DNA of 64,000 bases from positions 20,338,001 through 20,402,000 of the forward strand of contig CM052832.1 of NCBI GenBank assembly GCA_028534125.1, read 5' to 3'. The stretch comes from Lama glama. Its lineage: Eukaryota. The first letter of the stretch is position 1, and every line of letters starts with the position of its first letter. Shown here one piece after another: positions 37,640 to 51,305 of this stretch. The notes under the pieces are model-generated. The model was not told where the DNA came from, ran no database searches, and saw only the letters and a program-made list of their open reading frames with translations. Position numbers and translations under genes: made by a program.

Positions 37640-37900
37640 CCCTGTGACCTCATCTTATAACACTTTCCCCTTACTGTTACACTTTGAGCAAGTGGCCTTA
37701 TTTCAGTTCCTCAAATATATAAGACCTCATTTCCTCCCACTGGGCTTTCTACTTGTTGATCTCTCTCTCTCCAGCAACTCTTCCTTCTCACTGTTCAGGA
37801 CTCAGCTCAAACGTCACCTCCCCAGAGAGGGCTTTCTCTAGTACCTATAAACTAAAAATGTAAGACCTACTAGGACAGGGACTTTGGGGACTCTGCCTGT
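37640..37900 (+). mobile_element. L2 fragment
   Basis: TTCAGGACTCAGCTCAAACGTCACCTCCCCAGAGAGGGCTTTC L2 motif. Confidence 0.7.
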
Positions 37901-39484
37901 GTCATGAATCTCCATGCTTTGCCAGATTCCCATCTAGTTCCAAAACTGAGCAGTCCAGATGGGCAGCTCAGGATTCACAGGAGGATAAATTCATAAATAA
38001 ATTTATGCTAATATAATCAATCAATGATAAATAATACAAAATCAATAACATTCTGCATCCCTTTTTGCCACATCTGAGAGTCAGAACACATGATAATATA
38101 GCTCATAATTTTCTCTTTCATTTCTGCTCATTGAAAAAAATAATGAATGCACTTCCATTGTCACCTAGTTATCCCATTTCAGAGTCCAAAGCAATAAAAT
38201 ATTTGTGTTTATGGACAACTTGAACACTAAATGCACATTAAGTAGGTAACATCTTTTCCCTAAAGAGTAGATTTTCTTCATGTGTATTTTTAAAAAGTTA
38301 TCTAAGGAAATTTCTCCATCAATATGAGACAACAGAAAATTATAAATATAAATTTGTGTTCATTAGAGCAAGTTGGGGGTGGGGGGAGTCTGTTTGTGGT
38401 TTGATTACTGGGACCGACACAGGAGTGAAAGTGAATATTGCATCACAGTTGCCTAATCTCATAACCTGGGAATCAATACGAGACATGAAGGAGAAAAGAA
38501 AAGTCACTGAGTGGAGCATTAAACTTCAATCACATGCTCTTGGATGCAAGAATAAATTTTTTAAAACATAGTATGCAGACTTCTCTTTTCACTTTGCAAC
38601 TGGTTACTTTCCATAATTATCTTATTCTGTTTTATTTTAAATACTAGTCTCATAGCCTAATGCATCTGGCATCCAACTGCAAGTTGACAAAGTATATATG
38701 ATGATTCTTGAAATGGCGCTCAAGAAAAATTCTGTCATCCTATAATCATCTTATTCATGCTGAAGGCATACTACTGCCTTTGGGGAATATTCAAATTGGC
38801 GAAACATGCAAAAAAGGAATGAAATGACATTTTTGAGAAGCTACTACTCAGAGAACAATTACTTACTACAGCATTTAACCTGATGGCAATTAACAAAGGA
38901 TTTTAACCTCTTTTTGTTTTTTGAACAGAGTGTTTTCCCTGCAATAACACTCCCAGTCTAGTTAATCTATCAAAATAGGAGTTTAAGAAGGGTTGACTTG
39001 TTTGGGTAACTTATGTTTTCACAAATTACAGTAAGAGTTTGTAAATTCTTGATTTTAGTATTCCAAAAAATTCATTTATAACTTTCAGTTATGTTTATAT
39101 TAAATATTCTGTAACAATGCCTTAATGGTATAAACATCTCAAGAATCATTAAGGCAGAAAGGAATTATAAAGATCTTCACTTTCTAATTAATTTTGTGTT
39201 AATTCCAGCTTAGATTTCTATCATCAACCTTTTGTTTCCATTTCCTACTTGATTTACTTCCTGGAGCCTTGGATCATAGATCTCTAAACACATTATAAAG
39301 TCAGCAAAACAGGACAGCAAATTAGAAATGTCACATTCCACCTACTCGGACTCTGATAGGGTCCTCCCTTGTCTAACATTATAGCCAAGAGAGTTGGAAA
39401 AAAAGTTGAAAATGATGATCTACTTTAAAGCCATCATCTGTTAAAGAGTGGCAATGATCTACCACGACCAGAAGAGAAAATGGT

Positions 39485-39735
39485 AACGGTGCCTTGCGTT
39501 TATGCAGCATGTTATAATTTACAAAGCCTTTGGCATCCATTTGCTCACTTAAATACTATTACACTCCCATAAGACAGGCAGGACACTGACTACTATCCCT
39601 GTTAAAAGATGGGGAAATTAAAGTGGGGAATGCTTAAATACTCCACGAAAGTGATACCCCACATCTTGGAAGACTGTGAACCTGGCACTAGGAACCAAGA
39701 GTTCTCTTTCTTAAACTCATGCCATTTCCACCAAG
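39485..39735 (-). mobile_element. Degenerate MIR/MIR3
   Basis: TTTACAAAGCCTTT..TACTATCCCTGTTAAAAGATGGGGAAATTAAAG. Confidence 0.55.
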
Positions 39736-39965
39736 TAACACTAGTCCCCTGTTATGTAACAATTTTTTTTAACTTATAATTTTAACAAGTTAAATGGCAA
39801 TAAGGAACTTATTTTCTACTTTAAGTAAATATAATCAAATATACCAGGAGCCCAGTTGTTATAGTAATAATTTTAGTTTTAATAGTCTGCAATTTAGTTG
39901 CTGATAAGTTTGATGGTATTTATAATGCAAAGGTTTGAAATGATCCTTTAAAATATTCAACTTTT

Positions 39966-40155
39966 GGGGGAGAGGGTATAGCTCAAGTGGTAGAACGCAT
40001 GCTTAGCATGCACAAGGTCCTGGGTTCAATCCCCAGTATCTCCTCTAAAATAAATAAATAAACAAACAAACAAACAAACAGACCTAATTACCTCCCCTCC
40101 CCCTCTAGTCCCACCAAAAAAAAGTAAAAAGTTTTTTAAAAATTAAAAAATGAAA
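39966..40155 (+). mobile_element. tRNA-Ala-derived camelid SINE (Vic-1 type)
   Basis: A box TAGCTCAAGTGG (39979-39990), B box GGTTCAATCCC (40023-40033), AGC anticodon loop, (TAAA)/(CAAA) tract, CCTAATTACCTCCCC tail; TSD 39949-39965 / 40156-40172 identical at 16/17. Confidence 0.9.
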
Positions 40156-41352
40156 TAAAATCTTCAACTTTTTGGTATATATGTTCAGCCATGTACAAAT
40201 TTATTGATTTAAAGTTACCAGATTTTTTTAACATTGCTTAATTTATCTATATCTATTGCAACATGGATAGCATTCAAACTGCAAAATAGAATGCACTAGA
40301 TAAAATATCTTTTTAAAATCTCTTATCGGGATCCTATTGGGACTGGCATATAATTGAGAACACTTAACACAGTATTTCAGGGAATGTTGCCAAGGAGTGA
40401 ATCAGAGAATCGCATTTCATTTTTAAATGCCAGACAAAAGTCACCGAAAATGACGGTAACAGTGCTTAGAAGCAGGAAGGAAATTGGGCTAGGGGGAAGG
40501 CATAATTTACATAAGGTGCTTTTTATCTAAAATTTTCTTTCTTTTGTTGAATTTGACAATTTACCAGAGCCTTTTCAGAAGTGTCTGACATCCCTTCTAA
40601 TTAAGCAGCAAGCAATAAGAAGTGACAGGCAATGTGTTTCCAGAGCATCAAAGCAGATCTTGAGTGAATGCGCCCCCTCAAGAAGAGCTCTTGTTCTGAA
40701 GAAAGCATTTAGTTTTGTCTCATATAAAATCTTAACTGACTAAAACTGCAAAGATACATTTATTCATTTAGGTTAAATCTCTTTCATTTTCAGCTTAAAT
40801 AAGCAATATCTTTTTATGCGACAAGAGTCTCACACTTTTGTAAAAGTTAAGGAGCATGTCATGTATTTCCACTACCATTACTACAATTGACATCCAGTGA
40901 TTTCATAAAGGCAAACACTTAGGCCTAAACAGTAATTCCAACTCTGAAAAGTGAGAATGCATTTCTAAGATTAGATGAGTCCCTTTAAGAGTTCTCTCCT
41001 GGTTGGTAAAACATACCAGGCTACATGCAAGAAGAAAATCCCATCAACTTTCTCTACTTGTGTAATTTGTTCTAGAACTGCCTCTGCTACAGTCCATTCT
41101 CTCCCTTCATCAGGCTACTCGCAGTTCCTACTTATCCTTAGATTCCTTCTCAGTGTCCACTGCCCACAGTCTAACAGTACAATTGGCTTCCCTTTGGTCT
41201 CTTGCTTTCGTTCTCTGTACACACATCAACATCTCTGCCGGTTTGCACACTGAGACAGAGGACCAGAAGACGCAGAGTGGGAAGAAAGCAGCAGAACTCT
41301 GCTGAGAAGGGAGACAGCAAACATGCAGTCCTGAAACATGCAAAGAAAATTA

Positions 41353-41647
41353 CACTCTCCCTCTGTATCCACAGGCTCCCTATCTGCAGATTCAACCAAC
41401 AGCAGACTGAAAATGTTTTTAAAAATCCAGAAAGTTCCAAAAAGTAAAACTTGAATTTGCCACCTACCAGCAACTATTCACATAGCACTTACATTGTATT
41501 GGGTATTATAAGGAATCGAGAGATGATTTAAGGTATCCGAGAGGATGCATGTAGCTTACATGCAAATACTATTTTGTGTAAGGGACTTGAGCATACTGGC
41601 TAAAGGTATCCTAGAATCATCCTCTTGAGGATACGAAGGGACAACTG
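41353..41647. mobile_element. MER2-type TcMar-Tigger MITE
   Basis: CCCTCTGTATCC / GGATACGAAGGGACAACTG TIR remnants; TA on both flanks; CCAGAAAGTTCCAAAAAG..AAACTTGAATTTGCC. Confidence 0.88.
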
Positions 41648-42719
41648 TAGTTGTTCCAGTGTCTTCTCATAGTAAGTTCCCATGATGACTGACCACATGG
41701 ATTTCAACTCCAGTGTTCTGTTGTATTATTATAATCTCCCCTCTTGGTGGCACAGTTCTGAGGGGATTCCTTGTCACTGGACAATACTGACTAAGAAAGA
41801 ATGCTGGCTAACTTCCAACATGGGTCTACTAAGTAGTGGATGCTGAGAGACATCCCAACACAGCTTAGCTGGAACACTCACTGCCTCGGCAGTTACCTAC
41901 TTACTGAAGCCTATTTTGGTTACTCTTAAAGCTTCAGAGAACTGGGGTTTCTGAGGAATTACCCATGTTGGGTAATTTCTCTGAGCAGTGGTTCAACAAG
42001 AGATTTGAATTATGTCCTAATTGAAATGTACGCCATTAACTGATTTTTTTTGTTGAAAGAGACTGTCATACCTAGAACACTGACCACAGGCAGAGCAAGA
42101 TGTCAAACTGTTGGTGTTCCTGACTAACGCCAACCCTAGCCTAATATGAAAGCCATGACACATGAGTGGCAAAGATTGCTGAGTGGAAGCTTCCATCCCA
42201 GCCTATCGCTAAGGGCATTTGCTCTGGGGCGGGGGCGGGAAGGGGGCTGGCTTCTGTACCACTTTATCTGTTCATTTCACAGCGGTCCATGAAATTTGCA
42301 GCTTTCCTGAATATACTGACAAAGTAGGAATTAAAGAAGTTGTTTTCCTGCTTTCTACCCTTAAGTGAGACATTCCTCTCATAATGAGGGTACTAATTAC
42401 ATGCCGGCTCAAAGTCATAGATCCAGGCATTCTAGGTACACTTTGAGAAGAACACAAGGGTTTATCCATCCATCGGGCTCTGGTTCAGACCTCGACCTTA
42501 AAATACAAGGTGCCTCTCATTTAGTCATTTCAGTTCTTCATGCCATATATTCCTAAAGTGGAAAACCACCAACCACAGCTAGGAGTCCTTTTCTTCTAGT
42601 ATCAGATGCAGAATTCACCCACTAACCTATTGTTATTGACAACAATTGGGTTGCCTATGACAGAGCAAAGAATAGTTATTTAATTTTTTTTCCTTTCAAG
42701 AAGGGGCGGCTTCCAGGGA

Positions 42720-43295
42720 GACACCACATTACACCCACTAGACAGTCAAAACAAGCATTGGTTGGGATGTGAAGAAAGTGAAACCCTCTTAATATTGCTA
42801 GTGGGAATGTAAAATGAGATAGTCACTTTGGGGAAAAAAAATGGCAATTACTCAAAATTAAACCTAAATTTACCATGTCACCCAGCAATTCCACTTGGGT
42901 GTAAACTCAAGAGAAATGAAAACTTACGTCCACCCAAAAACTTGTTCACAAAAGTTCACAGGAGAATTACTCATAACAGGTGAAAAGTGGAAACAATCTG
43001 AATTCCATCAATCAAAGAATGGACAAATAAAATGTGGCCTATCCATGCAATGGAATGTTAATTTGGCAATAAAAAGGAATGAAAAACTGATACACACCAC
43101 AACATGGATAAACCCCCAAAACACTACAGTAAGCGAGAGAAACCAGGCACAAAAGACCATATATTATATGATTCAATTTATATGAACTGCCCAAACTACA
43201 AGATAGAATTTATAGAGACAGAAAGTCAATCAGTGATTGCTTAAAGCTGGGGCAGGGGGAGGGAAGGAGATGACAGCTAATGGTCATGAGGATAC
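42720..43295 (+). mobile_element. L1MB-type fragment (end of ORF2 plus 3' UTR)
   Basis: GTGGGAATGTAAAATG..CCCAGCAATTCCACT..GAAATGAAAAC..GGACAAATAAAATGTGG; ORF 42895-43185 is a decayed ORF2 C-terminus. Confidence 0.88.
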
Positions 43296-43504
43296 TGTTG
43301 TGAAGATGAAGATGTTTCTTGGCTGTAATTGTCAGTGTCTCTGCTGTCATGCTGGGTCAGCCTTGGATGGTGAGGAGAGGCTGGGTTTTGTCCCATGTCT
43401 GCTTCAGGCATGTGAGACATTGTGACATTTGAGGATCTGTGTTCCTGGTGGAGGATGGAGGATTCTGTGACTTGGGTTAAGTAACCTTTAACCTGTTATC
43501 CTAA

Positions 43505-43760
43505 ACTGGTTTACTTTTTGAAAAGATCATATTTTACAATTGGAGAACAGACTGAAGAGAATCAAGAAAGGCAGCAAGAAAATCTCACTGGAAATCTATA
43601 GCAATATGTTAGGTCAGAAATTAAGGCCTCAACCAAAGTGGTCATGTTGATGAGATACATTTAATAGAGAGAATCTACAAAACTGGATGATAAACTGAAA
43701 GAAGGAAAGTTAATAAAGAGAAAAAGTCAAATCTTACTTGTGTTCTGAAACAGGGGAGCA
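43505..43760 (-). mobile_element. Degenerate L2 fragment
   Basis: TTTTTGAAAAGATCA..GGAGAACAGACTG reverse L2 pattern. Confidence 0.45.
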
Positions 43761-43849
43761 TGTACAGGCAGATATTTGACTAGTAAGTCACAATATTACA
43801 TTATGTCTTCTTAAGTGTTTAATTTACCAGGATATACATAACTCAAAAA

Positions 43850-44050
43850 AGTGTATGTTTGTATATATGTGGAAACATAGATACACAAATATATATACTT
43901 TTAAATATATTTAACATAGAACTATTTTTATATTATATGCAATAAAACATCCTATTTTATATGTTGTATAATATACTAAATTATATATCAATAATATATA
44001 ACAATTATATACTAATAAATATGAATATATAAAAATATATTAAGTATATT
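43850..44050. repeat. AT-rich low-complexity tract
   Basis: Directly visible TA-rich run. Confidence 0.8.
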
Positions 44051-44659
44051 GTTACAGCGGGTAACCGAGCAGGTGTCAGATCATTCACTGTCATTAATCC
44101 CATCACCAGCCTGTAAGCGGTTGTGACTCAACCCAAAGACTTTCAGACACCAGGAAAATGGCCACACCCTGAAAGTCAGCTCTATTTAGGGACTTGCAGC
44201 TGGAAAGTGGCTTGGTATTTGATCTTCCTGAAGGTGTGTCAAACTACAAAGAAATGACATTGTGACTCAGCTGGCTTAGCACTCAGTTGGGAGGATGTGT
44301 TTGGTATGTTCTTGTTTATTTAGGTAATGCTGCATAATCCAATAAAGACCGAGTGCAAGGCAGAGCAGATGTACAAACTTCCTGCCTTTGAGGACAAACA
44401 GCGCAGTCTCTCAATTATCAAAGACAAGAAAATGAGGGTGGGAGGAAATTCTCTTGAATTTCTCTTGTTAAAGACTGATTTTCCAGGGTGGTCAGGTTGT
44501 GTAAATCAGACCCCCCAACTGTCTTCAAGAGGAGTGCTTCCACTTGCCATTCGCAACTGGAAAAAGGAAGAGAAACTGATTGATACTGCATTTCTCTGTG
44601 TTAAGTAATACAGATGGATTTTCTGACTTACATGATCCGATCTTGTAATATCCTTGCTA

Positions 44660-44810
44660 ATTAATCATTTTTACACCAGATTTACAGATACGAAAACCAA
44701 GCCCCTGATTATGCAGCTTACCTAAGTTTGGACAGCTAGGAAATGAGACAGCAGGAGTGGAAACTCCGATCTGTTAGCCATAAAAATCACTTTTTTCCCC
44801 ACTACACTAG
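44660..44810 (-). mobile_element. MIR fragment
   Basis: ATTTACAGATACGAAAACCAAGCCC..CTTACCTAAG..ACAGCTAG. Confidence 0.55.
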
Positions 44811-46589
44811 GTAGCCAGGAGAGCATTAGTCCTACTGACAGAGAGAGATATCTGGAAATATTATAAATCTCTAGTGTCTTTTAAAGTTATATCTTTAATG
44901 ATCTAAAAAGTTTATATTTAGATAGCTTTGGTTTAACTCTTCAGAGCTGCAAAAGAGTAGCAAGATAGGATACCCAAGTCTCCAAAGCATCCTCCTGTGT
45001 TTAAAGACGTGATTTGCTTTAATCTCAAGTAAGAGACTGCCTTTGTAGCTGTTTATAACTTCACACTCTCTTAAAATCTTATTTTACAAATGAGAGAGAG
45101 AAGCAAGATGTACCACTGGTTGTACCCAGGGAAACAGCTTCAACAGCACTGCTCACCGTGTCAGTATACCTGTGGGCTGAAAGACATTCCTGGATGCAAG
45201 ACAAGCTCTGTAGATGAATCAGGCATCTGATGAACATATATTTAGGTCTTTTGTGTAATAGGCACTGGGCTTAAAATGTAAGTTCTGTACAATATTTCCC
45301 TTGTCCTCTCAGAGTTTAGCAATTCGGAGGGGAATTGTGATATATATGCACACATATGCTGTATGATTTAGTATGCAATAACTGCACCCTTACAGCACTG
45401 CACGTGCATCACTCATGGTAGGGATCATTCCAGGCTGGCAGATTTAAGTAAGACATCATACAGATCATCCTTTCAGAAATCTACTTTAGTAGAGAGTGGA
45501 AGACACAGGTCTTCACCGGTACTCCTTACCTAATGAAACTGACAGAACAGTCATCTTCCTTTACAAGGTACTTGTCCTATGCCTTGCTTGGGAAATCACT
45601 GTGATTTTGCATTAGGAGCTAGGATTCTAGGTTACACCACTTGCTGTCTATTTTGCTCTGTGCTGTATCCACAAGGACTAGATACAAGAACTACACTAAG
45701 ACTCAGTGTTGCTGGGTACAAGGCTAGTCGACTCTACAGATCAGAACGGTTCAAAAACGTGACTCACCAGAACCCTGCCTGAGACCATAGGAGCAGATTG
45801 TCCTTTAAGATCAAGGAAAGCTTTAGAATGGAGGCAGTCATATGCTAAATTAGTCACTTCAGTTTCCCCAAACGCATGTACAAAATGTCAGAGAAGTTGC
45901 AGGAGGGCTAGGAAAAGAGGTGTCAAATTTTCTGACAAGGGACTCATTTGCATGGTGGCCAAGAGAATGTTGTTGACATCATATAGGTTTCCACCTCACT
46001 TGCACACAGAAAATGCTCAATCAATTCCAGTTGACTTTGAAGGAAGTTAACACCTTTCTCCATAACAGAGAATTCTGCAGTCTTATGAATACAGAGTAAG
46101 GACAGTCATGCAATATTTTAATTACATACAGATTCAGCTATAGGGTAATCATCTCTCATTTCCCTGTATCTTTGGTGAGATAAAGGTTTAAGGGCAATCA
46201 CAGATAGCTTCTCAAAAAAATTGAAAAAAACTTTCCTTTGTGAAACATGAAAATTGTTTAAAGCAATTCTTACTTCAGCATTATTAGTAGAGCCACCACA
46301 TTAATAAATATCTCAGTCAAGAAACATCCACCAGATTATCTGGATCACTTTGTTGTTGCTTCTCTTTTCCTTTTTTTCCTTTATTTTCTTCCCCCTGGAG
46401 AAGAATCAATGATGGATGGCAAGTGGGGGAAATGAGGGAGTGTCCTCCAGAAGATGCTCTAGTGCTACAAAACAATTAACCTGGTGCTTCTTTCATTAGT
46501 ATCAACACTCTGCACAACTGATGAGGCTGCATTCCCAGGATATCTCACTCCTTCTCTCTCTGAAGAAGCCCATTTTCCATGAGGTCAAG

Positions 46590-46785
46590 AGGAGGAGGCA
46601 GACTGCCTTGGTTTGAATCCTGGCCTCATTGCTCACTAGCTGTGTACCTCGATTCAAGTCAGTTCATCTCTCTGGACCCCAGGGAAATGAAGATAAGAAC
46701 AGTACCTACCACGTCGGTTGATATTCATAAAGCCCTGAGAAGAGTGTCATACACACAACGAACACTAAGGGTTAAATAAAATTAA
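46590..46785 (+). mobile_element. MIR SINE
   Basis: CAGACTGCCTTGGTTTGAATCCTGGC..CTAGCTGTGT..CAGTACCTACC. Confidence 0.8.
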
Positions 46786-48199
46786 TAAAGTTTACTTATT
46801 TGGTTATTTCTCAACTGTTGGATTTGGGCAAATACTCCTAGAGTTTGGCTTTCCTTATTCTATTTTACTAGGTCCAACTGTCAATATATATGTGATATAT
46901 ATCATCCCAGGGAAAATGATTCTACAGAGTCACATGCTTCGTCCATCTCTGTGAGAACAATTTAATGATAATCCCCGTGATGATTCCCTTGAGCCTTCAT
47001 TTTATCACACTAGTTCTGTGGAACACAGCCCTTGCTATAGAATTATAGGAAGAAAAGAGCCCTGAAAAGGTCATTAATTTTTTCCCCTAACTTCTGCCAC
47101 CCACTTTCAAGCCAGACCACACACATAAATCATCCCAGACTTTTTCTTCATCACACTGTGGTTTCTAATCACATTTACTCTCCCCTAAGGAAACAATTTT
47201 GCTACAGGTGGGCAAGTTCAGCACTAATGGCATTACCCTATGTTTTCAAGGAAACTTCTGAGGGCAAAAGAGCCCCATTAACATTGCCAGTTTCACAGGA
47301 TTTTTGTCACTGATCGAGTTTAATGATTTCCTGTGCCAATATTGAAAACTCAGGAATCAACTTCTTACTCACAATTCACGTTCAGTTTGCATTATCTCAT
47401 GGTAAATTTCTTAAACTATTTCCATAATGGATTTATCCTCCTTTTTTAAAGACAATGACTCCAAGGTGAAAACCTGCTATTTCATTGGTACTGGATCATA
47501 AGCTCTGTTGAAACCCTGTAACTTCATGAGAAAAATACAGCTAGTCAATTTAATTTAAAAAATTAAAACAGTTACATAATATTGCAGTACATGAACTTGT
47601 TTGGAATTTTCACTATCAGTTGGTTGATTTAACTATCAAGAGAGAGAGAACCTCTGATTTTAAAAAAAATCCCCCAAAGTTCCAAATACTGGCTTGAGAC
47701 TGGTCATATTCTTTTAAGCACTGGATTTTTAGCAGCTCGTACGTGAAGGATTAAGAGGGAGATGGTGGTTTTACTCTAGACAAACTCTTCTTGAGAAACC
47801 CTCCTGCTACATCTGGCATCTGCTGTACATCAGAATTTGTACAAATATTTCCATGTTACTTTATGGGATTCTCCAAGAGTCTTCCTCAATTTGCCACTCT
47901 GTACATAGAGAATAGAGGGCAGGGACTTCCCAGCTGATGGAAGATACAGTTCAATACAAATGATGCTAAGAATGCCGTTACTCCAGAAACACTTCTACCA
48001 AAGTCTGAGATCGCATCATTAAGAATTCATTTATTTGAATTACGTCTCTTCAGCTATTAATGCTTTGAAAAAATGTAACATTCAACTCTTTTAACTCTTG
48101 GGAGTGAATGGAGCTCCTCACTTGTTTTACTCATGAGGAGAGGAGCTACAGAAGGAGTCGTTAGTGTTTTCTCTGATGTTTAAAACTAGTGTAGAGAGA

Positions 48200-49360
48200 T
48201 CCATTCATTTAACATGTAATTCTTTGGCACCCACTATACTGCAGGGTCCCAGGCACTAGAGATGTAAACAAGAAAGGAAAAAAAAAAGTTGAGATCCTCT
48301 AGAGGGAAGACAATATAATAAATGAATATTGTGCACACCGGTTGTAAGGAGAACATCTGACAGTCACTGTGACCAAAGTATAAACATGGTATTTGGGAAG
48401 AAGAGGGAAGGATATATGTAACACTGGCTGGAGAGATCAGAAAAGGCTGCCTTTGAATAGGAATGATTTAAACCAAGTCTTGGAAAAGAAATAGTAATAC
48501 ATCAAGCATCAAGAGGAAGGGCTTTGCAGGCATAGGGAGCAGCATTCCACGTGCACAGAGGTGATGAAGACTAAGGGACAGCTGAGGAACTAGGGATAGA
48601 TCATCATCACTAGTTGAGGGACCACGTGATGAATAGATAGGAGATTCCAGGGAGAAAGCCGTCCTGGATCTGATCATTCCAGGTGAAGATTCTAGACCTT
48701 ATCCTGTAGACCACCAGTTCTCATGAAAAGAATTCCCATGTGCTCCATCCTTCCACATTAATGCAGAATTCCAGGTGAACTAAATTCAACTTCATCTCAA
48801 TTTTGCTTTCTTAATCAAAACACGTCTGAATCCTAGGTAGTGAAGGTAAACAAAGGAATAACCTAGAATTCTTTCTTAGTCATCAAAAAACAATCTCAAA
48901 ATTCAGGTCTTTAATTCCTGGGGAGGGGGGAGCCTAGCTATCTATCTAGAACAAACACACACAGAACAGCTCTCCTCATATCAATGTGCCATGGTAAGAC
49001 GGTTAAGAACTACTCTCAGAGATTATGAGAAGCAATCAAGGGATGGCATCAAGATAGTGACGTGTTCAGTTCGCATTCTGGTTAGATGGTTCTATTTATA
49101 TGAGGGGTATGGATTGAAGAAGGCAAAGCATGGAGGTGGAGTGTGGTAATTACAATAGGTTAGAAAAGGAATTGAATTATGTCCGTTTGAATAGAGAGAA
49201 GAGAAAGATGCACAGAGAGTGGAAGAGAAAGATTTCCTTATGAAGGAAAATGGATGGAAGAGGGAGGAAGGACTGCTCAGATGTCCACTTAGATGTCAAG
49301 GCAGCAGATGCAGAACATTAGGAAGGAACAAAAAGGGATGCATTCACTTTAGAAACGCTG
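48200..49360 (-). mobile_element. L2 LINE interrupted at about 48712-49015
   Basis: ATCCATTCATTTAACA..CACCCACTAT tail; L2-like sequence resumes after the insert. Confidence 0.6.
48712..49015. mobile_element. Possible hAT-Charlie MITE
   Basis: Ends CACCAGTTCTCA / GGTTAAGAACTACT resemble the Charlie TIR CAGTGGTTCTCAA. Confidence 0.4.
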
Positions 49361-49479
49361 AAACTAGGAGATAGATAGATTTTGACTTTCGAACCTTTGG
49401 TTCTTCAAAGACAAATGCAAGAAGGCAGAATACAGTTTGAGATCAAATAATATAACCAGAATACTGGATTTGTATGGTT

Positions 49480-49685
49480 CAGGGTTGGCAAACTTTTTCT
49501 GCAAAAGGCAAGATAATAAATATGTTAGCCTTTGAAAGCCTTATACTCTGTCACGACGACTCAAATCTGCTCCTATAGTGTGAAAGCAGTCACAGACAGT
49601 ATGTAACAAATGGGACTGCCTGTGTTCTAATAAAACTTTATTTATAAAAGCAAGCAATGGGCCATCCATAGCTAGACAAGCCCTG
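49480..49685. mobile_element. MER58A
   Basis: CAGGGTTGGCAAACTTTTTCTG..TGTGTTCTAATAAAACTTTATTTA..CCCTG. Confidence 0.88.
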
Positions 49686-51091
49686 ATATGGGGGCAGCCT
49701 TGATACAGAAAGGATACTACAAGAAATACTTTCTATGGGATTTTACTAGCATTAAATTAGATCATTTTTCAATTGTCTAAATACTAAAGGCACATTGGAA
49801 GCATCCTTCAATTGTTATATTTCCTTTCAATACAAATTTCTATCATACACATATATGTTCTCATGATTAAAGACTATGGCAGGCTTCAAATACAAAGCAG
49901 TTACCAACTTATATGAAGCATGTATTAAGAAACATCAGAGTAAAGAGGAATAATTTTTTTCTATTGAGAAGTATGAGTTTGTACATTTATGTGTGCCAGT
50001 GTGTGTATCAAATAATATCCTCTTAGAAAATCTAAGACTGAACTACAAATCCTGGCAGAAAGTCTCGAAAGGCTAGCTGGCTCATCTAATAATTAGTGAC
50101 CACGAATATTGGTAAGATTTTAATGTCTTACAAAAGTGACTTCTAACAAAAAAAGAAATGTTGCTAACTAAATCTCCAGAGATGGTAGACAAAACTGTTC
50201 TCTCTCTACAGTGACTGACATTTACTTTTGAAAGCCAAGAAAGCTTTCCTCAGGTACCCGGTAGGAAAAACCTGATTTAGGCATTAGAACAGTGCATTAG
50301 GCAACACGACTTAATAAGCAGCCCAAAATAAGTTGCTTAATGGAATATCATGTCGAAACCCTGTTCCCACTAGTTACATCCTTAATGGGTTCCTGTCAAA
50401 AGATGGAATAAAAATAATGAGTAGATACCTATGTTTCTTTTCTCATTTTCACATAGCTCTTTTTTTTTATATATAGCCAAAAAAAGTGCCATATGAAGGA
50501 AAGGAATATAGCATTGTATGGAGATGTAATCTGAGCCCATATTTCCAACTTTCATAAGATCTACTTAAGATGATTAGAGCAGAGTGAAGAAATGTGCTTG
50601 ATAGACCTACAGCTCATTTTCATTGAAATATAGTTCGGCTTTAAAGTTGTTCTTTTGATCTTTTGTTGTATCTGTCTCCATGGCAGTGGTCCTCATTCAT
50701 AAATACTCTTGCTGCAGGTTTATCTGATTTTTGTATATATGCAGTTAAAAAGTTTCTCTTGACCATTTATCATTTCTTCTTGGTATAAAACTTTCATTTT
50801 GTTTTCTTTACATTAGGAATGTGGTAATTCCAGAATCCAGTGATTTGCTGGCTTTTTTCTCAGGTCGTCCTTCTAACCTATGATTATTTTCTTTGTTTTC
50901 ACCCTGCCGGGGTCTCCTTTGCAATCCTACTACTTGCCAAATTCTTGTTAATTTGCAAATGTCTCACGTTGTATCAGCTTGAAAACAGAAACCTCTCCCA
51001 GTTATTGGAACAAAGAGAATTCAATATTTAAAAAAAAAAAACTACATATGAAATTGTCAACTTAGTACCCGAAAAGGTAAAAAGAGAACTC

Positions 51092-51305
51092 TGGAAATCA
51101 GCAAACATTTTCTACAAAGGGTCAGACACAGTAAGTAGTTTGGGCTCTGCAGGTTGTCACGATTGCTTGAGACTCTGCTGTTGAGGCAAGGAAGCAGGAG
51201 CTCCAGACGTAAGGACTGAGCCTGGCTGTGTCCCAATAAAGCTTTATTTACAAAAACAGGAAGCAGGCGGGATTCAGCCCCCAAGCTGTAGTTTGCCAAC
51301 CCCTG
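51092..51305. mobile_element. MER58A
   Basis: TCAGCAAAC..GGCTGTGTCCCAATAAAGCTTTATTTACAAAAACAGG..GTAGTTTGCCAACCCCTG. Confidence 0.88.

Noticed and set aside
39970..40045. Genuine tRNA-Ala(AGC) gene
   Set aside because: It continues into a SINE tail and is flanked by a 17-bp TSD, so it is a SINE head
41953..41981. 13-bp stem hairpin with 3-nt loop
   Set aside because: Short, imperfect and without supporting context
45523..45550. Second minus-strand AG|GTAAGG recursive-site candidate
   Set aside because: Pyrimidine tract is short and interrupted by another AG
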